A DNA stretch of 64,000 bases from a virus (IMGVR_UViG_3300028591_000076:128001-192000), one strand, 5' to 3'; shown: positions 18,460 to 29,165, counted from the first letter of the stretch. Notes: a model not told the origin generated them from the sequence alone. Program-made: numbers and translations.

Positions 18460-20268
18460 ATGTATGTTAGAGAAGATGTATTAGCCGATCAAGCTAGATG
18501 TTGGGCTAGAGATAACTTATCAGAAAATTTTGAATTTAGACAGTACCAATTAGAAACAATTATAATGATACTACAAAATGCGCTTAATAATAGTAAAGTA
18601 CAAGTTATGGAAGCGCCAACTGGCTCAGGAAAGTCATATATTGGTATTATTGTTGCTGGAGTACTTTGGACATATTATAAAAAGCGTTCTTATATTTTAG
18701 CATCTGACCTAGCGCTCTATAAGCAGTATGAAGATACTATAAAAAAATTTAACTTACCATGGGGTATGTTAAAAGGTCAGGATAATTATATTTGTCAAAG
18801 AAATGGTCATCAAGTAAGTATGGGACATTGTAAGTTAAATCAAGTAAGTTTTGCAAGAATTGCTAACCTTGAAAAAAGTGCTTCTTTTGGTTATGCCTGT
18901 GGAAGTTCATGTCAATACGTTTTAGATTTAATTAATGCAGCTAAAGCGCCAGTTACATTGCTAACATATGCTTTATATTTTATTAAGGTTGTTGGCAATA
19001 GAAATAGCGTTTCTCCTATACCAGATTCAGTTAACTTAACTTTAGGTATAAGAGATTTTATTGTATGTGATGAAGCTCATAACTTACCAAGTTTAGTACA
19101 GCAGCATTTTTCGCCAGATATTGATAAAGAAAATCTTAAATTTGTTGATACTATAAATGAATTTGCAGAAAATAATAATGACCATATCAGCTCATCAGAT
19201 ACTATTAAAGAAGTGATTGATTATGCTATAAAGTTTAGTAATCTTAGAAACTTTAATGCTGAAGGCTTAAAACTCTGCTCTACTCGTATAGAACAAATAT
19301 TATCATCTTTAAATAATTATGCTAATGAAGTATTATTACCTGCAGTTAAAACCTGGACTGGCGATGATAAAAAAGAAGCTGCAAAATATGTAAATGCAGC
19401 AGGTACTTTATCTGATTTATATACAAGATTTCAGGTATTTAATGAACTTATAAATACTTATTCTGAAAAAGCAATAGTATCATCGATAAATAAGTCTGGA
19501 CAGGGATTTAAGTTAAATTGCGCTTATGAAGATAAATTAATTTATAATTATTTTCATAAAAAAACAAATTGTGAACTTCTTATGTCTGCAACAATTGGTG
19601 ATTTGGATGTCTATAAATGTTTAATTGGCGCTTCTAATTATACTGGTAATGATTTTTGTCCAATAGAAGTTCCTAGTACTTTTGATTTTTCAAAGTCTCC
19701 AATTTATTATAGTACAAAATATAAAATGAGTATGAACGAAAAAGCCAATTCAATGCCTCACATAATAGGTAGAGTAATAGATATCTGTAATAAAAATAGT
19801 AATGTTCGAGGTATTATACATACGGGCTCATATGAAATTTCTACTGCATTTTATAACGCTCTTCCTAATAGTATTAGATATAGAATTATAAATTATTCTA
19901 GCTCACGTGATAAGCGACAGGCGCTTCAAAGATTTATAAACTCAAAAAATGGTATTTTAGTTGGGCCTAGCTTAATTGAAGGATTATCATTTGACCATGA
20001 TTTGTGTAGATTTAATATTTTTATGAAATTACCATATGCGTCTTTAGGCGATAATCTTGTAGTAGCTAAAATGAAGCTTTTCCCAGACTGGTATTCATTA
20101 GATGTATGTTCTAGACTTGACCAGGGTATTGGTCGTGGCGTAAGAGCTCCAGATGACTGGTGTGTTACTTATATTCTTGATGGATGTATTGATAATATAA
20201 TAAATAGTCCTAACCAAGTTAGGAATTTATGTAAAACAACACGTGAAAGACTCGTAAAATTGGATTAA
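18460..20268 (+). CDS. DinG/Rad3-family SF2 helicase
   Basis: FRQYQ, EAPTGSGKS, LKG.DNYIC, Fe-S type Cys, DEAH, MSAT, EGL.F, Q.IGRGVR..DD. Confidence 0.9.
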   Translation: MYVREDVLADQARCWARDNLSENFEFRQYQLETIIMILQNALNNSKVQVMEAPTGSGKSYIGIIVAGVLWTYYKKRSYILASDLALYKQYEDTIKKFNLPWGMLKGQDNYICQRNGHQVSMGHCKLNQVSFARIANLEKSASFGYACGSSCQYVLDLINAAKAPVTLLTYALYFIKVVGNRNSVSPIPDSVNLTLGIRDFIVCDEAHNLPSLVQQHFSPDIDKENLKFVDTINEFAENNNDHISSSDTIKEVIDYAIKFSNLRNFNAEGLKLCSTRIEQILSSLNNYANEVLLPAVKTWTGDDKKEAAKYVNAAGTLSDLYTRFQVFNELINTYSEKAIVSSINKSGQGFKLNCAYEDKLIYNYFHKKTNCELLMSATIGDLDVYKCLIGASNYTGNDFCPIEVPSTFDFSKSPIYYSTKYKMSMNEKANSMPHIIGRVIDICNKNSNVRGIIHTGSYEISTAFYNALPNSIRYRIINYSSSRDKRQALQRFINSKNGILVGPSLIEGLSFDHDLCRFNIFMKLPYASLGDNLVVAKMKLFPDWYSLDVCSRLDQGIGRGVRAPDDWCVTYILDGCIDNIINSPNQVRNLCKTTRERLVKLD

Positions 20269-20271
20269 ATA

Positions 20272-21543
20272 ATGAATGTAGACACACATGATAATGATAT
20301 AGGAAAATATTCTTTTCCAACAAAGTTTGATAAAGAGCCAGTATCTTCTATTATAATTCTTCAAAAATTGTTTGAGGATAATGTTTATACTGAACAGAAG
20401 TTAAATAAAGCAAGAAGACTATTAAAGTTACCAAAGAAAATGGATAACTTATATGTTTGTATTTTGCTAGAGTTTGTATTATATGATACTGGACATTATA
20501 AAAGTGCATATGAATTTCCCGCATTTCCTTTTGCCCTTTGCGAAAAGGCATTATTAGATTTAACGGATATGGGATATCTTGTTAGGTCGGATAATCCAAA
20601 TAATTATGATGGCGTTATACCAGAATATGCTTTAGCATCTGATTTATTAAAAAACTTAATAAATAATGGCAATCTTAGTAAGGCTAAGTCTAACATGCCA
20701 TTAAAAAATAATAAAATAAAAAATAAATATTTACTAGACCATAATAAAATTAAAAAAGTTGATCTTATCTATGAAAATGATTTAGTAAAAGACTTAAATA
20801 GAATTTCAGAAATACTTGAAGCTGATAATTTAAAGAATATTCAAAGTCGTATTTTAGAGGATAATCAGCATAATGGTATTTGTATTTCTTTTTATGGTCC
20901 TAGTGGTACTGGTAAAACAGAAAAAATTTTACAGCTAGCTAAAGATAGTAAACGAGATGTATATAATTATAAAATTGCTGATACAGAGTCAAAATATTGT
21001 GGTGAAAAACAAAGAATTATAAATGAAATGTTTGACGAATTTAAGCGTATCAGAAATAATTATATTAAGGATAATTTACCTGAGCCTATTTTAGTCTTAA
21101 ATGAAGCGGACGCACTTTTTTCTAAAAGGCATGATGATTCAGATACAGTAGGTTCAACTGCTAATAGAGAAAATAATCAAATGCAAGCTGAACTATTAGA
21201 TCATATAGAAAACTTTGATGGTGTTTTATTTATTACTACTAATAAAATCCAAAACTTCGATGATGCAATGGAACGAAGACTTTTATTTAAAATAAAATTT
21301 GATAGGCCATCTAGGAATATTCAAAAACAAATTTGGAAAAATAAATTTCCAACACTAGAAGACTCTGATATAGATAATATTGTTGATAAATATAATTTTA
21401 CTGGTGGTAATATAAATAATGTTAAAAAGAAAATTAGCATTGAATATATATTAAGTGGCCGAAAAGATAATATAAATGATATATATGATAATTGTAAAAA
21501 TGAGGAGATAGACACCAAAAATAAAAAAACTATTGGTTTCTAA
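20272..21543 (+). CDS. AAA+ ATPase
   Basis: Walker A GPSGTGKT, variant Walker B LNEAD, TTN...FDDAMERR, C-terminal IGF. Confidence 0.85.
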   Translation: MNVDTHDNDIGKYSFPTKFDKEPVSSIIILQKLFEDNVYTEQKLNKARRLLKLPKKMDNLYVCILLEFVLYDTGHYKSAYEFPAFPFALCEKALLDLTDMGYLVRSDNPNNYDGVIPEYALASDLLKNLINNGNLSKAKSNMPLKNNKIKNKYLLDHNKIKKVDLIYENDLVKDLNRISEILEADNLKNIQSRILEDNQHNGICISFYGPSGTGKTEKILQLAKDSKRDVYNYKIADTESKYCGEKQRIINEMFDEFKRIRNNYIKDNLPEPILVLNEADALFSKRHDDSDTVGSTANRENNQMQAELLDHIENFDGVLFITTNKIQNFDDAMERRLLFKIKFDRPSRNIQKQIWKNKFPTLEDSDIDNIVDKYNFTGGNINNVKKKISIEYILSGRKDNINDIYDNCKNEEIDTKNKKTIGF

Positions 21544-21552
21544 ATAAAATTT

Positions 21553-22182
21553 ATGGTAGTAATTTTCGATTCAGTTGATGCAATAGGTAAAGATACACAA
21601 ATAGAAAGACTAGTACAGTCTGCTCATAAAAAAGGTATTATTACGCATATTTTGCATTATTCAAACATTAAGGGACTTGATAACGATAATAAAAATAATT
21701 TCAGAGAATCTTCTGGCGTACATGATTTTTCTAAAGTTCGTGATTTATCAGTTAAGCAGTATCAATCAATATTTACTTTTATGAGAGATGTTGCTATTCC
21801 ATCAAAAGACCTATTTATTTATAATAGAGCACATTTATCAGAATATGTGTATTCACCAATGTATAGAAATTATGATGGATATTATGTATTTGCTCTAGAA
21901 AAAACTATATTAGCAGATAAGTTGTCTGATAATATTTATCTTTTCTCTTTTATAGATGATCCTAAAAGAATAATTGAAAGAGATATAGCTCGTGGTGATG
22001 GTCAGTCTTTTTCATTAGATTTTGATAAAAAACAAGAAGAGCTGAACAGATTCAAAGAAGCATTTAATTTATCTGGAATTTCTAAAAAATATTTAATTGA
22101 TATTGAAGGTAAAACTATTGATGACGTTGCAAGCAAAATTGATTATGCTGTTTTTGATAATTATGGAGAGATAACATGGTAA
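21553..22182 (+). CDS. Thymidylate/dNMP kinase-like protein
   Basis: DSVDAIGKDT P-loop variant; NRAHLSEYVYSPMYR. Confidence 0.7.
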   Translation: MVVIFDSVDAIGKDTQIERLVQSAHKKGIITHILHYSNIKGLDNDNKNNFRESSGVHDFSKVRDLSVKQYQSIFTFMRDVAIPSKDLFIYNRAHLSEYVYSPMYRNYDGYYVFALEKTILADKLSDNIYLFSFIDDPKRIIERDIARGDGQSFSLDFDKKQEELNRFKEAFNLSGISKKYLIDIEGKTIDDVASKIDYAVFDNYGEITW

Positions 22183-23039
22183 AGTTTAAGGCTATAATAG
22201 CCATGGATAAAAATGGCTTAATTGGAAAAGATGACCAGCTACCTTGGGGAGTTGGTAATCCAGATACTACATGGGATATGGATAATTTTAAGAGTATGAC
22301 CTCTAATAAAATTGTTATTATGGGATACAATACTTTTAAGGGATTTAAGCGTCCACTAAAAAATAGGCTTAATTTAGTTTTAGCGCGACCTTCTGAAGGA
22401 GAACAATTTTATTCGCTCAAAGAAGATAAACCAGTTTTAAGACATATCGGAGAAAGATTAGATAAAGATTCTAAAGCTTATAAAGAAGCTATAGAAGATG
22501 AAAATGCTTATTTTAATGAGTCACCTAGTAGCCTTGTTAATGATGGTATTATGGTAATGCCATACCAAAATGAAAATAAAAATAATGACTTTTCAAATAA
22601 AGTTAATATGACAGACTATAATATTGATAAGCTATTAAGTTTTATACCAGTAGAAACTTTTGATTATAGATTTATTTATATAGATAAAGCAAAGTTACTT
22701 AATGATGATATAAGAAAAAATAATTTTGAACACTTAAATATCAATTATAAAGCTGCTAAAGATTTATTTATATCATCCTATAAAAACTCTGGCCAAAATA
22801 ATGATTCATATACAAAAATAAAAGATTTTAATCCATCAGAAGTTTTTATAATTGGTGGAAAGAAAACTTATGAACAGTGTATTAATTTTATAGATGAGTT
22901 TTATGTAACTGAGTTCGATAAAAGCTATGAAGGTAATATTTATTTCGATAAAAGCCTTCTTAAAAAATTTAAGAAGTCAGAAACTATTTTTACAGAGCCA
23001 AATGGACTAGGAAAAATAGTAAGATATTATAATGACTGA
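22176..23039 (+). CDS. Dihydrofolate reductase with a large internal insertion
   Basis: IIAMDKNGLIG...LPW, D..FK..T, VIMG..TF, RPL.NR.N.VL, VFIIGG, DEFYVT, G..YF. Confidence 0.85.
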   Translation: MVKFKAIIAMDKNGLIGKDDQLPWGVGNPDTTWDMDNFKSMTSNKIVIMGYNTFKGFKRPLKNRLNLVLARPSEGEQFYSLKEDKPVLRHIGERLDKDSKAYKEAIEDENAYFNESPSSLVNDGIMVMPYQNENKNNDFSNKVNMTDYNIDKLLSFIPVETFDYRFIYIDKAKLLNDDIRKNNFEHLNINYKAAKDLFISSYKNSGQNNDSYTKIKDFNPSEVFIIGGKKTYEQCINFIDEFYVTEFDKSYEGNIYFDKSLLKKFKKSETIFTEPNGLGKIVRYYND

Positions 23040-23280
23040 GTACTTTAAGTTCATAAATACTATTATTTTAGAAAATAGGATAAAAAAGCCTGGTATGTTA
23101 TATTATAAACATCATATCTTACCCCGTAATATTTATCCTCTTCTTAAAAATAAAAGGTGGAATATAGTTTTGCTTACATATAATGAGCATAGAAAAGCTC
23201 ATGAATTATTAGCTAAAGAAACTATGGGAATATGTAAGCAAAAGATGGAAAGGTCCTATAATCAGTATTTTAGGAGCTAA
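23032..23280 (+). CDS. Minimal HNH endonuclease (possibly a remnant)
   Basis: KHHILPR...NIVLLT..EH..AH.LL. Confidence 0.65.
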   Translation: MTEYFKFINTIILENRIKKPGMLYYKHHILPRNIYPLLKNKRWNIVLLTYNEHRKAHELLAKETMGICKQKMERSYNQYFRS

Positions 23281-23281
23281 T

Positions 23282-23683
23282 ATGAAAAAAATAAATTATA
23301 AAATATATAGAGCTCATGTGGATTTATATCGTCCAACATTTGGGAAATATCATGCGTATCAAAATACTTATTTTCCAACTACAGAATTAAGAAATAGACC
23401 TAGTGAAGGCTCCTATTATGTAAAAGCTATAAATGAACAAAATGCAAAAAGCTTAATAAGGCAAAAAATAGGAAAATTTGGTAGTATAGATGTAATATAT
23501 GACATTACTGAATGGGTATTAAATTCAACTGTTGGCCCATTTAAAATTGATTTAACAAACCCTGGACAAAGGGACTATATGTACTTAAAAAATGTACTAA
23601 AGCCGGAAACAGTTATTAGGTATAGTGATTTATCTAATATTGCAAAGGATTTTTATGGGATAAAAGAAGAAAATGAAGAATAA
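23282..23683 (+). CDS. Hypothetical protein
   Basis: SD AGGAG; in operon context. Confidence 0.6.
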   Translation: MKKINYKIYRAHVDLYRPTFGKYHAYQNTYFPTTELRNRPSEGSYYVKAINEQNAKSLIRQKIGKFGSIDVIYDITEWVLNSTVGPFKIDLTNPGQRDYMYLKNVLKPETVIRYSDLSNIAKDFYGIKEENEE

Positions 23684-23960
23684 GTATTTTATTTCCTGGC
23701 AATATTCCTATGAAGATTATCCTACGGATAGGTTCGAGAAAATTACATATCATGGGTTAAAATTTACTAAGATTTCCAGGCCTTTTATTTATAATGGCAA
23801 TAGTAAATCAATTGTTGAGTTAGATAATACTATGCCATCTGTAGAATGGGAACGATTTATTAGAAACTTTGAAAGTGAAAAAGAAAAAGCCATTTTAGCA
23901 CAAAATATCAACCATCGTGAACATGTTCAAGTTTCAGTTGTTAGTATCAATAAATTATAA
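23673..23960 (+). CDS. Hypothetical protein
   Basis: Overlaps the upstream gene; ends at a terminator. Confidence 0.55.
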   Translation: MKNKYFISWQYSYEDYPTDRFEKITYHGLKFTKISRPFIYNGNSKSIVELDNTMPSVEWERFIRNFESEKEKAILAQNINHREHVQVSVVSINKL

Positions 23961-23989
23961 AAAAAGCACACTTAATAGTGTGCTTTCTT
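23959..23989. terminator. Bidirectional intrinsic terminator
   Basis: AAAGCACACT...AGTGTGCTTT. Confidence 0.75.
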
Positions 23990-24006
23990 ATTTTTAAAAA
24001 TACATT

Positions 24007-25608
24007 TTAGTCATGTTCTCTTTCAGCGCAAGATGGACAAAAGTGCTCACCATTTATATAATTGTCAGACTCAGCGTCTAATTCCATTCCACAATTGGCG
24101 CATTCTATATTATGTCCATATTCTTTTTTATAATAATTATTATCTTCGTCAAAGTTACTATTTGACTCAGCTAAACGAGCTTTTTCAGCCATATTATATA
24201 TTGATTCAAATCTCTTAGCATACCTATTATTTGATGTATAAGCATTAAATCTTCTATATAAATCTTCGCTTGGTATACTATTAGTAATAGCTGATATTAT
24301 CTCATTATGACTTCCATTAATATTTAGACTATTTGCTAATTCATCAATTTTTCTAACTTGTTCTATGTACTCAATAATCTTGTCGGTATCATAATTATTT
24401 CTTAAGAATTCGCCATCTCTATTTAGCCTATTAGCTCTAAGCATTTTCTTAAATATATCACTTAATACTAAAACATGACCACTACGATAATCCATTGGTA
24501 CACCATAACCAGTATCAACATTTAATGGATATTTTTCTGTCCTACCACTCTTTCCTAACTCAATATTATAATACCATAATAAGGAGTTTAGGATATTTAT
24601 CATTTTAGCCCTATTTTTAGTACTTATATAATTTGGCTTAAATGTTCTGGCTAGGTCAACTATTTGTTCTATATTTGCTTTATAAGCAGCTTCTTCTTTC
24701 TCTTGTGCTTCTTTTCTAGCTTTTTCTCTTGCTAATCTATCTTTCTCAACACTTTCTAATACAATAGCTTCTGCATTCTTAACCTTAGATAATAATTCTT
24801 CCGCATCCATTGTTGACTTAAGTAAGTTATCTATTTCGTCATCTTCTATTGTATCATCATTAATCTTGTCATTAAAGAAATCAACTATTTTGCTAACTTG
24901 TATTCGGTCATTTGAAAGATTTGCTAAGAGTTTATTTTTATCTTTACCCTTATCTATATCACCATTTTCCTTTATACCATTAGCTAGTCTAATATGATAA
25001 TTTATTTTTAAAAATATATCTTCACTTGCTGTTTTTTGTTTTATCTTCTTAGTTATTTTACGTGCATTTATAACGGCATTTGTATCATTCCTATAATTAT
25101 GGTAAGTTTCATAAATATCGTACCACTCACCAAAATCTTTAAGTGCTTCAGGATTATGTAAGTTTACCTGTATACCACCACAACAAGTTCTTCTTAATTT
25201 AGGGTCCTCACCTCTACCTTTATCCCAGCCTGTTGCAGCTTGCATAATAGCTTCACAAATACATTTTATTACTTCAGATTTTTCTTTGCTACCATCTATA
25301 CCTTTTATTCTACTAGCGCCTACGCCATCTTTTTTATAATAAATGTCATCATCATAAATAGCATTAGCTGCTTCTAGAACACTATCAAATGTATTTTTTT
25401 CTATATTACCTTTCTCATCTGCTGGACTTATGAGTTCAACTTTTAAGTCTGCACTAAAAAGGTCTGGCGAATAAGGCGCATCTAATGGCTCAAATTTATT
25501 TGGGTCATATGCATTCTTTAATTTTTCTACATCTACATCAGTTATCTTTGATGACTTTTTAGCTTTAGCTACTACAGCCTCATTATAAATTGCTTCAAAA
25601 ATTTCCAT
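24007..25608 (-). CDS. Hypothetical protein with a NUMOD1-like segment and C-terminal zinc ribbon
   Basis: TFDSVLEAA...RTCCGG; CANCG...CPSC; N-terminal IFExIY motif. Confidence 0.55.
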   Translation of the reverse strand: MEIFEAIYNEAVVAKAKKSSKITDVDVEKLKNAYDPNKFEPLDAPYSPDLFSADLKVELISPADEKGNIEKNTFDSVLEAANAIYDDDIYYKKDGVGASRIKGIDGSKEKSEVIKCICEAIMQAATGWDKGRGEDPKLRRTCCGGIQVNLHNPEALKDFGEWYDIYETYHNYRNDTNAVINARKITKKIKQKTASEDIFLKINYHIRLANGIKENGDIDKGKDKNKLLANLSNDRIQVSKIVDFFNDKINDDTIEDDEIDNLLKSTMDAEELLSKVKNAEAIVLESVEKDRLAREKARKEAQEKEEAAYKANIEQIVDLARTFKPNYISTKNRAKMINILNSLLWYYNIELGKSGRTEKYPLNVDTGYGVPMDYRSGHVLVLSDIFKKMLRANRLNRDGEFLRNNYDTDKIIEYIEQVRKIDELANSLNINGSHNEIISAITNSIPSEDLYRRFNAYTSNNRYAKRFESIYNMAEKARLAESNSNFDEDNNYYKKEYGHNIECANCGMELDAESDNYINGEHFCPSCAEREHD

Positions 25609-25646
25609 ATATAAAATTCCTATATCTAATTAGCTTAATTATTATT

Positions 25647-26924
25647 TTATAGTCCACCACGCTGAATAGAAAGTGACAATGGTAAACTATTTTCATGGAA
25701 TAACTCTTTTATTTCCTGTTCTATTGCATCTGCTCTAGAAATCATTTGTTCTGTATTAAAAGGAACATTCTCATCTGTTTTAAGTAAATTACGTAATGCT
25801 CCAAAATTTCTTAAAGCATATGCAGTGCAGAGTCGTCTAATATTAGGTAACTGGTCATATGGTAAATGAGTATAGTCCAAGTCCATACAAAGCCAGTGAA
25901 TATTTAAGAAACCGCCAATAGATGTATATCCCTGAACATACTTCTTACCATACTCTATTACATCTCTAGAATATTCTCTTCTAAAATAATTCATATAGCC
26001 CTGTCTTGTAGCCATAGCCATAAGAGCAGCATCTGAATTCTCTAGTCCAACATATCCCGGAACTGCTTTATGATATCTTAGACCATTTCCCCAGCGGCTT
26101 CCAATACCATAGCTACCCATACCCATCATTTCAGTTCTAACAAAACTAAATGCGGAACTATAGGCTTGTGTACCACCAGCTCCAGCTCCTAATGTCATAT
26201 AAGCATCTGCTTTATAAGCCCTAGCTGTTTTATTTTGTGGAAAATCATGATATTCTACTTTCCAATTTACACCCGCACCTTTATTTCCAATAGCTTCATC
26301 TATTACTAGTGGGAAGTATGAATAATATAAATCTAATGCTGGTCGTATACAAATTTGTGTTACGGTATCCTTATTATATTCTAGTTCGTCCTCATCAAGG
26401 AAAGGCATACCTAATTCAGCCATTATTATTTTATATTCTTCATCTGGTATTATAATTCCTGATGATGTAACGGTATTATCAGCTGTAGACTCAGCAAAGG
26501 GCATAAAGTCATCTGGCACAGTTAAGTCTATATCATCTGAGCCTGAACTAGAGTCTGATCCAGAGTCGTCACTAGAGCTTGTATGAGTACCACCATAAAT
26601 TTTCTTTGCTTCTTCAGGTGTTAAAATAACTCTAAAGTTTGGTGATGCTACACCTTGATAAAAATAGCATGTGCCATCTATAGTTTCTACGTCTGCTTCG
26701 CTCCAGTTTATAGGCTGAAACCCTTTAGCAGTATTTACAATATATTCATATATGCAGAAAACAAAAGCTCCCTTCATAGGGCCTTCTTCTGTAACCATAA
26801 AAAGGTTATCCTTAACATACATTTTTGTGGAATTATTTACTGTCATTCCACCTAATGTCTTCCAGGTGTAATATATCTTTATTGGGTCTACTTTTAATTG
26901 TAAGAGATATTCTAATTTATTCAT
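25647..26924 (-). CDS. Neck/head-completion protein (T4 gp13-like) with N-terminal extension
   Basis: I..ELG.P....EL......CI..AL..Y..Y.P after a Ser/Asp-rich linker. Confidence 0.6.
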   Translation of the reverse strand: MNKLEYLLQLKVDPIKIYYTWKTLGGMTVNNSTKMYVKDNLFMVTEEGPMKGAFVFCIYEYIVNTAKGFQPINWSEADVETIDGTCYFYQGVASPNFRVILTPEEAKKIYGGTHTSSSDDSGSDSSSGSDDIDLTVPDDFMPFAESTADNTVTSSGIIIPDEEYKIIMAELGMPFLDEDELEYNKDTVTQICIRPALDLYYSYFPLVIDEAIGNKGAGVNWKVEYHDFPQNKTARAYKADAYMTLGAGAGGTQAYSSAFSFVRTEMMGMGSYGIGSRWGNGLRYHKAVPGYVGLENSDAALMAMATRQGYMNYFRREYSRDVIEYGKKYVQGYTSIGGFLNIHWLCMDLDYTHLPYDQLPNIRRLCTAYALRNFGALRNLLKTDENVPFNTEQMISRADAIEQEIKELFHENSLPLSLSIQRGGL

Positions 26925-26940
26925 AATAAAATTAGTAAAG

Positions 26941-26969
26941 AAAAAGCTACCTAAATAGGTAGCTTTTTA
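26941..26969. terminator. Intrinsic terminator
   Basis: AAAAAGCTACCT-aaat-AGGTAGCTTTTT. Confidence 0.75.
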
Positions 26970-26972
26970 TAT

Positions 26973-27818
26973 TTAAGACCAACTGTTTTCTACTAATCTC
27001 TGGTGTAATTCTAGCACAGATGCTTCTAATAATTGTTCAACTTGATGTTCTTTTGCCCACCGTTCCATAAAGAGCCTTTTACTATGTCTGGTTTTTGGTC
27101 CTCTAAGAAAAATTAATAAATAAAGACGAGTCAAAAAGGCATTTTTAGAATTATGCCCTATTACCTCGTCTAATTCATGCATTATTTCTATAATAATATT
27201 TTCGTTACTTTCTTTTGTAAGCTGGTCTTCTATAGTAATATAATCATTCGACCCACAAATTATATTGTCCTCGTAAGTAACGGTATCCCCAATTTCTTTT
27301 GTACCATCATCACTTATGAGTTGGTTTAAGCTTATATGATTATTTTCTGCTTGTAATTTAGGCTTATATATAGCTTCTACGATCTTCCATTTTACCATAC
27401 CCGCAAAAGAAGCGCCAACATAGAAGTCTGGATTTTTATTATATTGACTCATAAATGCTAAAGCAGCTGCAATAGCTTTATCTGAAACGTCCTCTGGCTC
27501 CATAAACTTCTTTTTCTTATTTCTTTTAAGAATGCAGGACCTAGTATATTGATACATAATTGCAAGCATATCTGACCAAACTTTAATTGCGCAATTTTCT
27601 GGCTTCTTTAATCTAGGCTGTCTATGCTCTGAATAAGCGTTTTTTAATTCGGCTTTATATTCTTCGTACTTCTGATTATATATATCTCTTTCAATAAAGA
27701 GCTTTGTTTGTAAAGCAAACAATTCCTGTTCTGTAGGCGGCTTTTCTTCTATTGTACCCCAGAAATTATTTTCTGATATTTTTTGCTTTAATTTACTAAC
27801 TATTTCTTCCTCTGTCAT
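26973..27818 (-). CDS. Putative phage RNA polymerase sigma-like factor
   Basis: Region 2-like EDVSDKA...FM..Y.KNPDF...SFAG.VKW and region 3.2-like ISLNQLISDDG..EIGD. Confidence 0.5.
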   Translation of the reverse strand: MTEEEIVSKLKQKISENNFWGTIEEKPPTEQELFALQTKLFIERDIYNQKYEEYKAELKNAYSEHRQPRLKKPENCAIKVWSDMLAIMYQYTRSCILKRNKKKKFMEPEDVSDKAIAAALAFMSQYNKNPDFYVGASFAGMVKWKIVEAIYKPKLQAENNHISLNQLISDDGTKEIGDTVTYEDNIICGSNDYITIEDQLTKESNENIIIEIMHELDEVIGHNSKNAFLTRLYLLIFLRGPKTRHSKRLFMERWAKEHQVEQLLEASVLELHQRLVENSWS

Positions 27819-27900
27819 GATATCTCTCTTTAAAAGATTAATAAAATTATATTAACAAGAATCTGAATTTACTATAGAAAATTAGAATTTTTTAAAATTA

Positions 27901-27929
27901 AAAAGCTCACATTTCTAATGTGAGCTCTT
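27901..27929 (-). terminator. Intrinsic terminator
   Basis: AGCTCACATT..AATGTGAGCT with an A run on the plus strand. Confidence 0.65.
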
Positions 27930-27950
27930 AAAAAATTATATAATAAAAAC

Positions 27951-29165
27951 TTATGCGTCACTCTTTATAATTTTAATACATGTTACTAAAACCTTATCTG
28001 ACTCTACAATAAATCCTGTTCCATTTGCTTCACCTATTTCTATAGGTGAATAATATAAGTTTACATCAGTAGCTTCAGACATAAGTTCAAGAATATCCCT
28101 TAAATAGGCAGAACCAATTAAGAAATTACATGTTTCAGAATTTGTAGTATTTTCAATAACTTCAACATCAACAGTTGTTTCAACATGAGCATTATAATCG
28201 CCATGCGAAAATTTAATTTTTGATGAGTCAAGAAGCTCTTTTGAAGAGTCTAGCTCAATATTTGCCCATTTCCAATCAGCCGTAAATACATTATCAAAAT
28301 ATCTTATAGCATCCAATAGGTCATCTTTTTTAACTGATATCTTAATCTGATTTGTTGCAATTGGGTCTACCCATGCTAATTCTTCCTCTGTTGGATATTG
28401 AAACATATTCTGATTTAAAGCTAAAATCATTGAGAAATCAAAATCTTTTACTAAGATATTTACAAATTGATTTGTACTATCAAATATTAGAGACATATCA
28501 AAACCAAAATATGGCTTAATATAATCAATTAATAAGTTCTGTATATAAATATCCTTATCATACGGAGATAGTTCATTTGCAAGTATATATTCAATAATAC
28601 CCTGAGGGTCACAGTACCTTATTATATTTTTATGTATAACTGCAGCATTTACCTCATTTGTTGAAATAGCCATAGACTTACAAATAACTTTCATAAGATT
28701 AATAAATTCGTTATCAGGCTTTATTTCATAAACTTCTTCTGTAAATTGGCTATCCTTAGCTAAATCATAAGCACCTATAATATTCTGTATTTCCTTATCA
28801 GACTTCTTTTCATGTTCTGTAAAAGAAATTACGGTACCTGTTGTAGGATTTGTAACAGTTGTTTCTGTTGCGACTTCTTTATCTTCAATATTAATTACAA
28901 TATAATCTGAACCTTTTATTAGTTTCTGTATAGTTTGTGATAATTGAATTAAATCACATGAAAAATAAGTTAAACTTGGATCAGTTGTTATATTTGACAC
29001 ATCTACATAATATTTTGCAGCAAAAAAGCTACTTTCAAATGCAACAAATAATTTATTTTCCGTTATGGTTAGAATATACTTAGAATTGGTACATATATCC
29101 TTACTTTTTTTAACAAAGCTATCTAATACTTTAGCATTTTCTTTAGTAATTGAGAATGTTATCAT
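27951..29165 (-). CDS. DNA sliding-clamp-like protein (DnaN-like)
   Basis: Acidic ~400 aa; FQYP, V.K.DLLDAI and YL.DIL patterns typical of beta clamps. Confidence 0.5.
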   Translation of the reverse strand: MITFSITKENAKVLDSFVKKSKDICTNSKYILTITENKLFVAFESSFFAAKYYVDVSNITTDPSLTYFSCDLIQLSQTIQKLIKGSDYIVINIEDKEVATETTVTNPTTGTVISFTEHEKKSDKEIQNIIGAYDLAKDSQFTEEVYEIKPDNEFINLMKVICKSMAISTNEVNAAVIHKNIIRYCDPQGIIEYILANELSPYDKDIYIQNLLIDYIKPYFGFDMSLIFDSTNQFVNILVKDFDFSMILALNQNMFQYPTEEELAWVDPIATNQIKISVKKDDLLDAIRYFDNVFTADWKWANIELDSSKELLDSSKIKFSHGDYNAHVETTVDVEVIENTTNSETCNFLIGSAYLRDILELMSEATDVNLYYSPIEIGEANGTGFIVESDKVLVTCIKIIKSDA

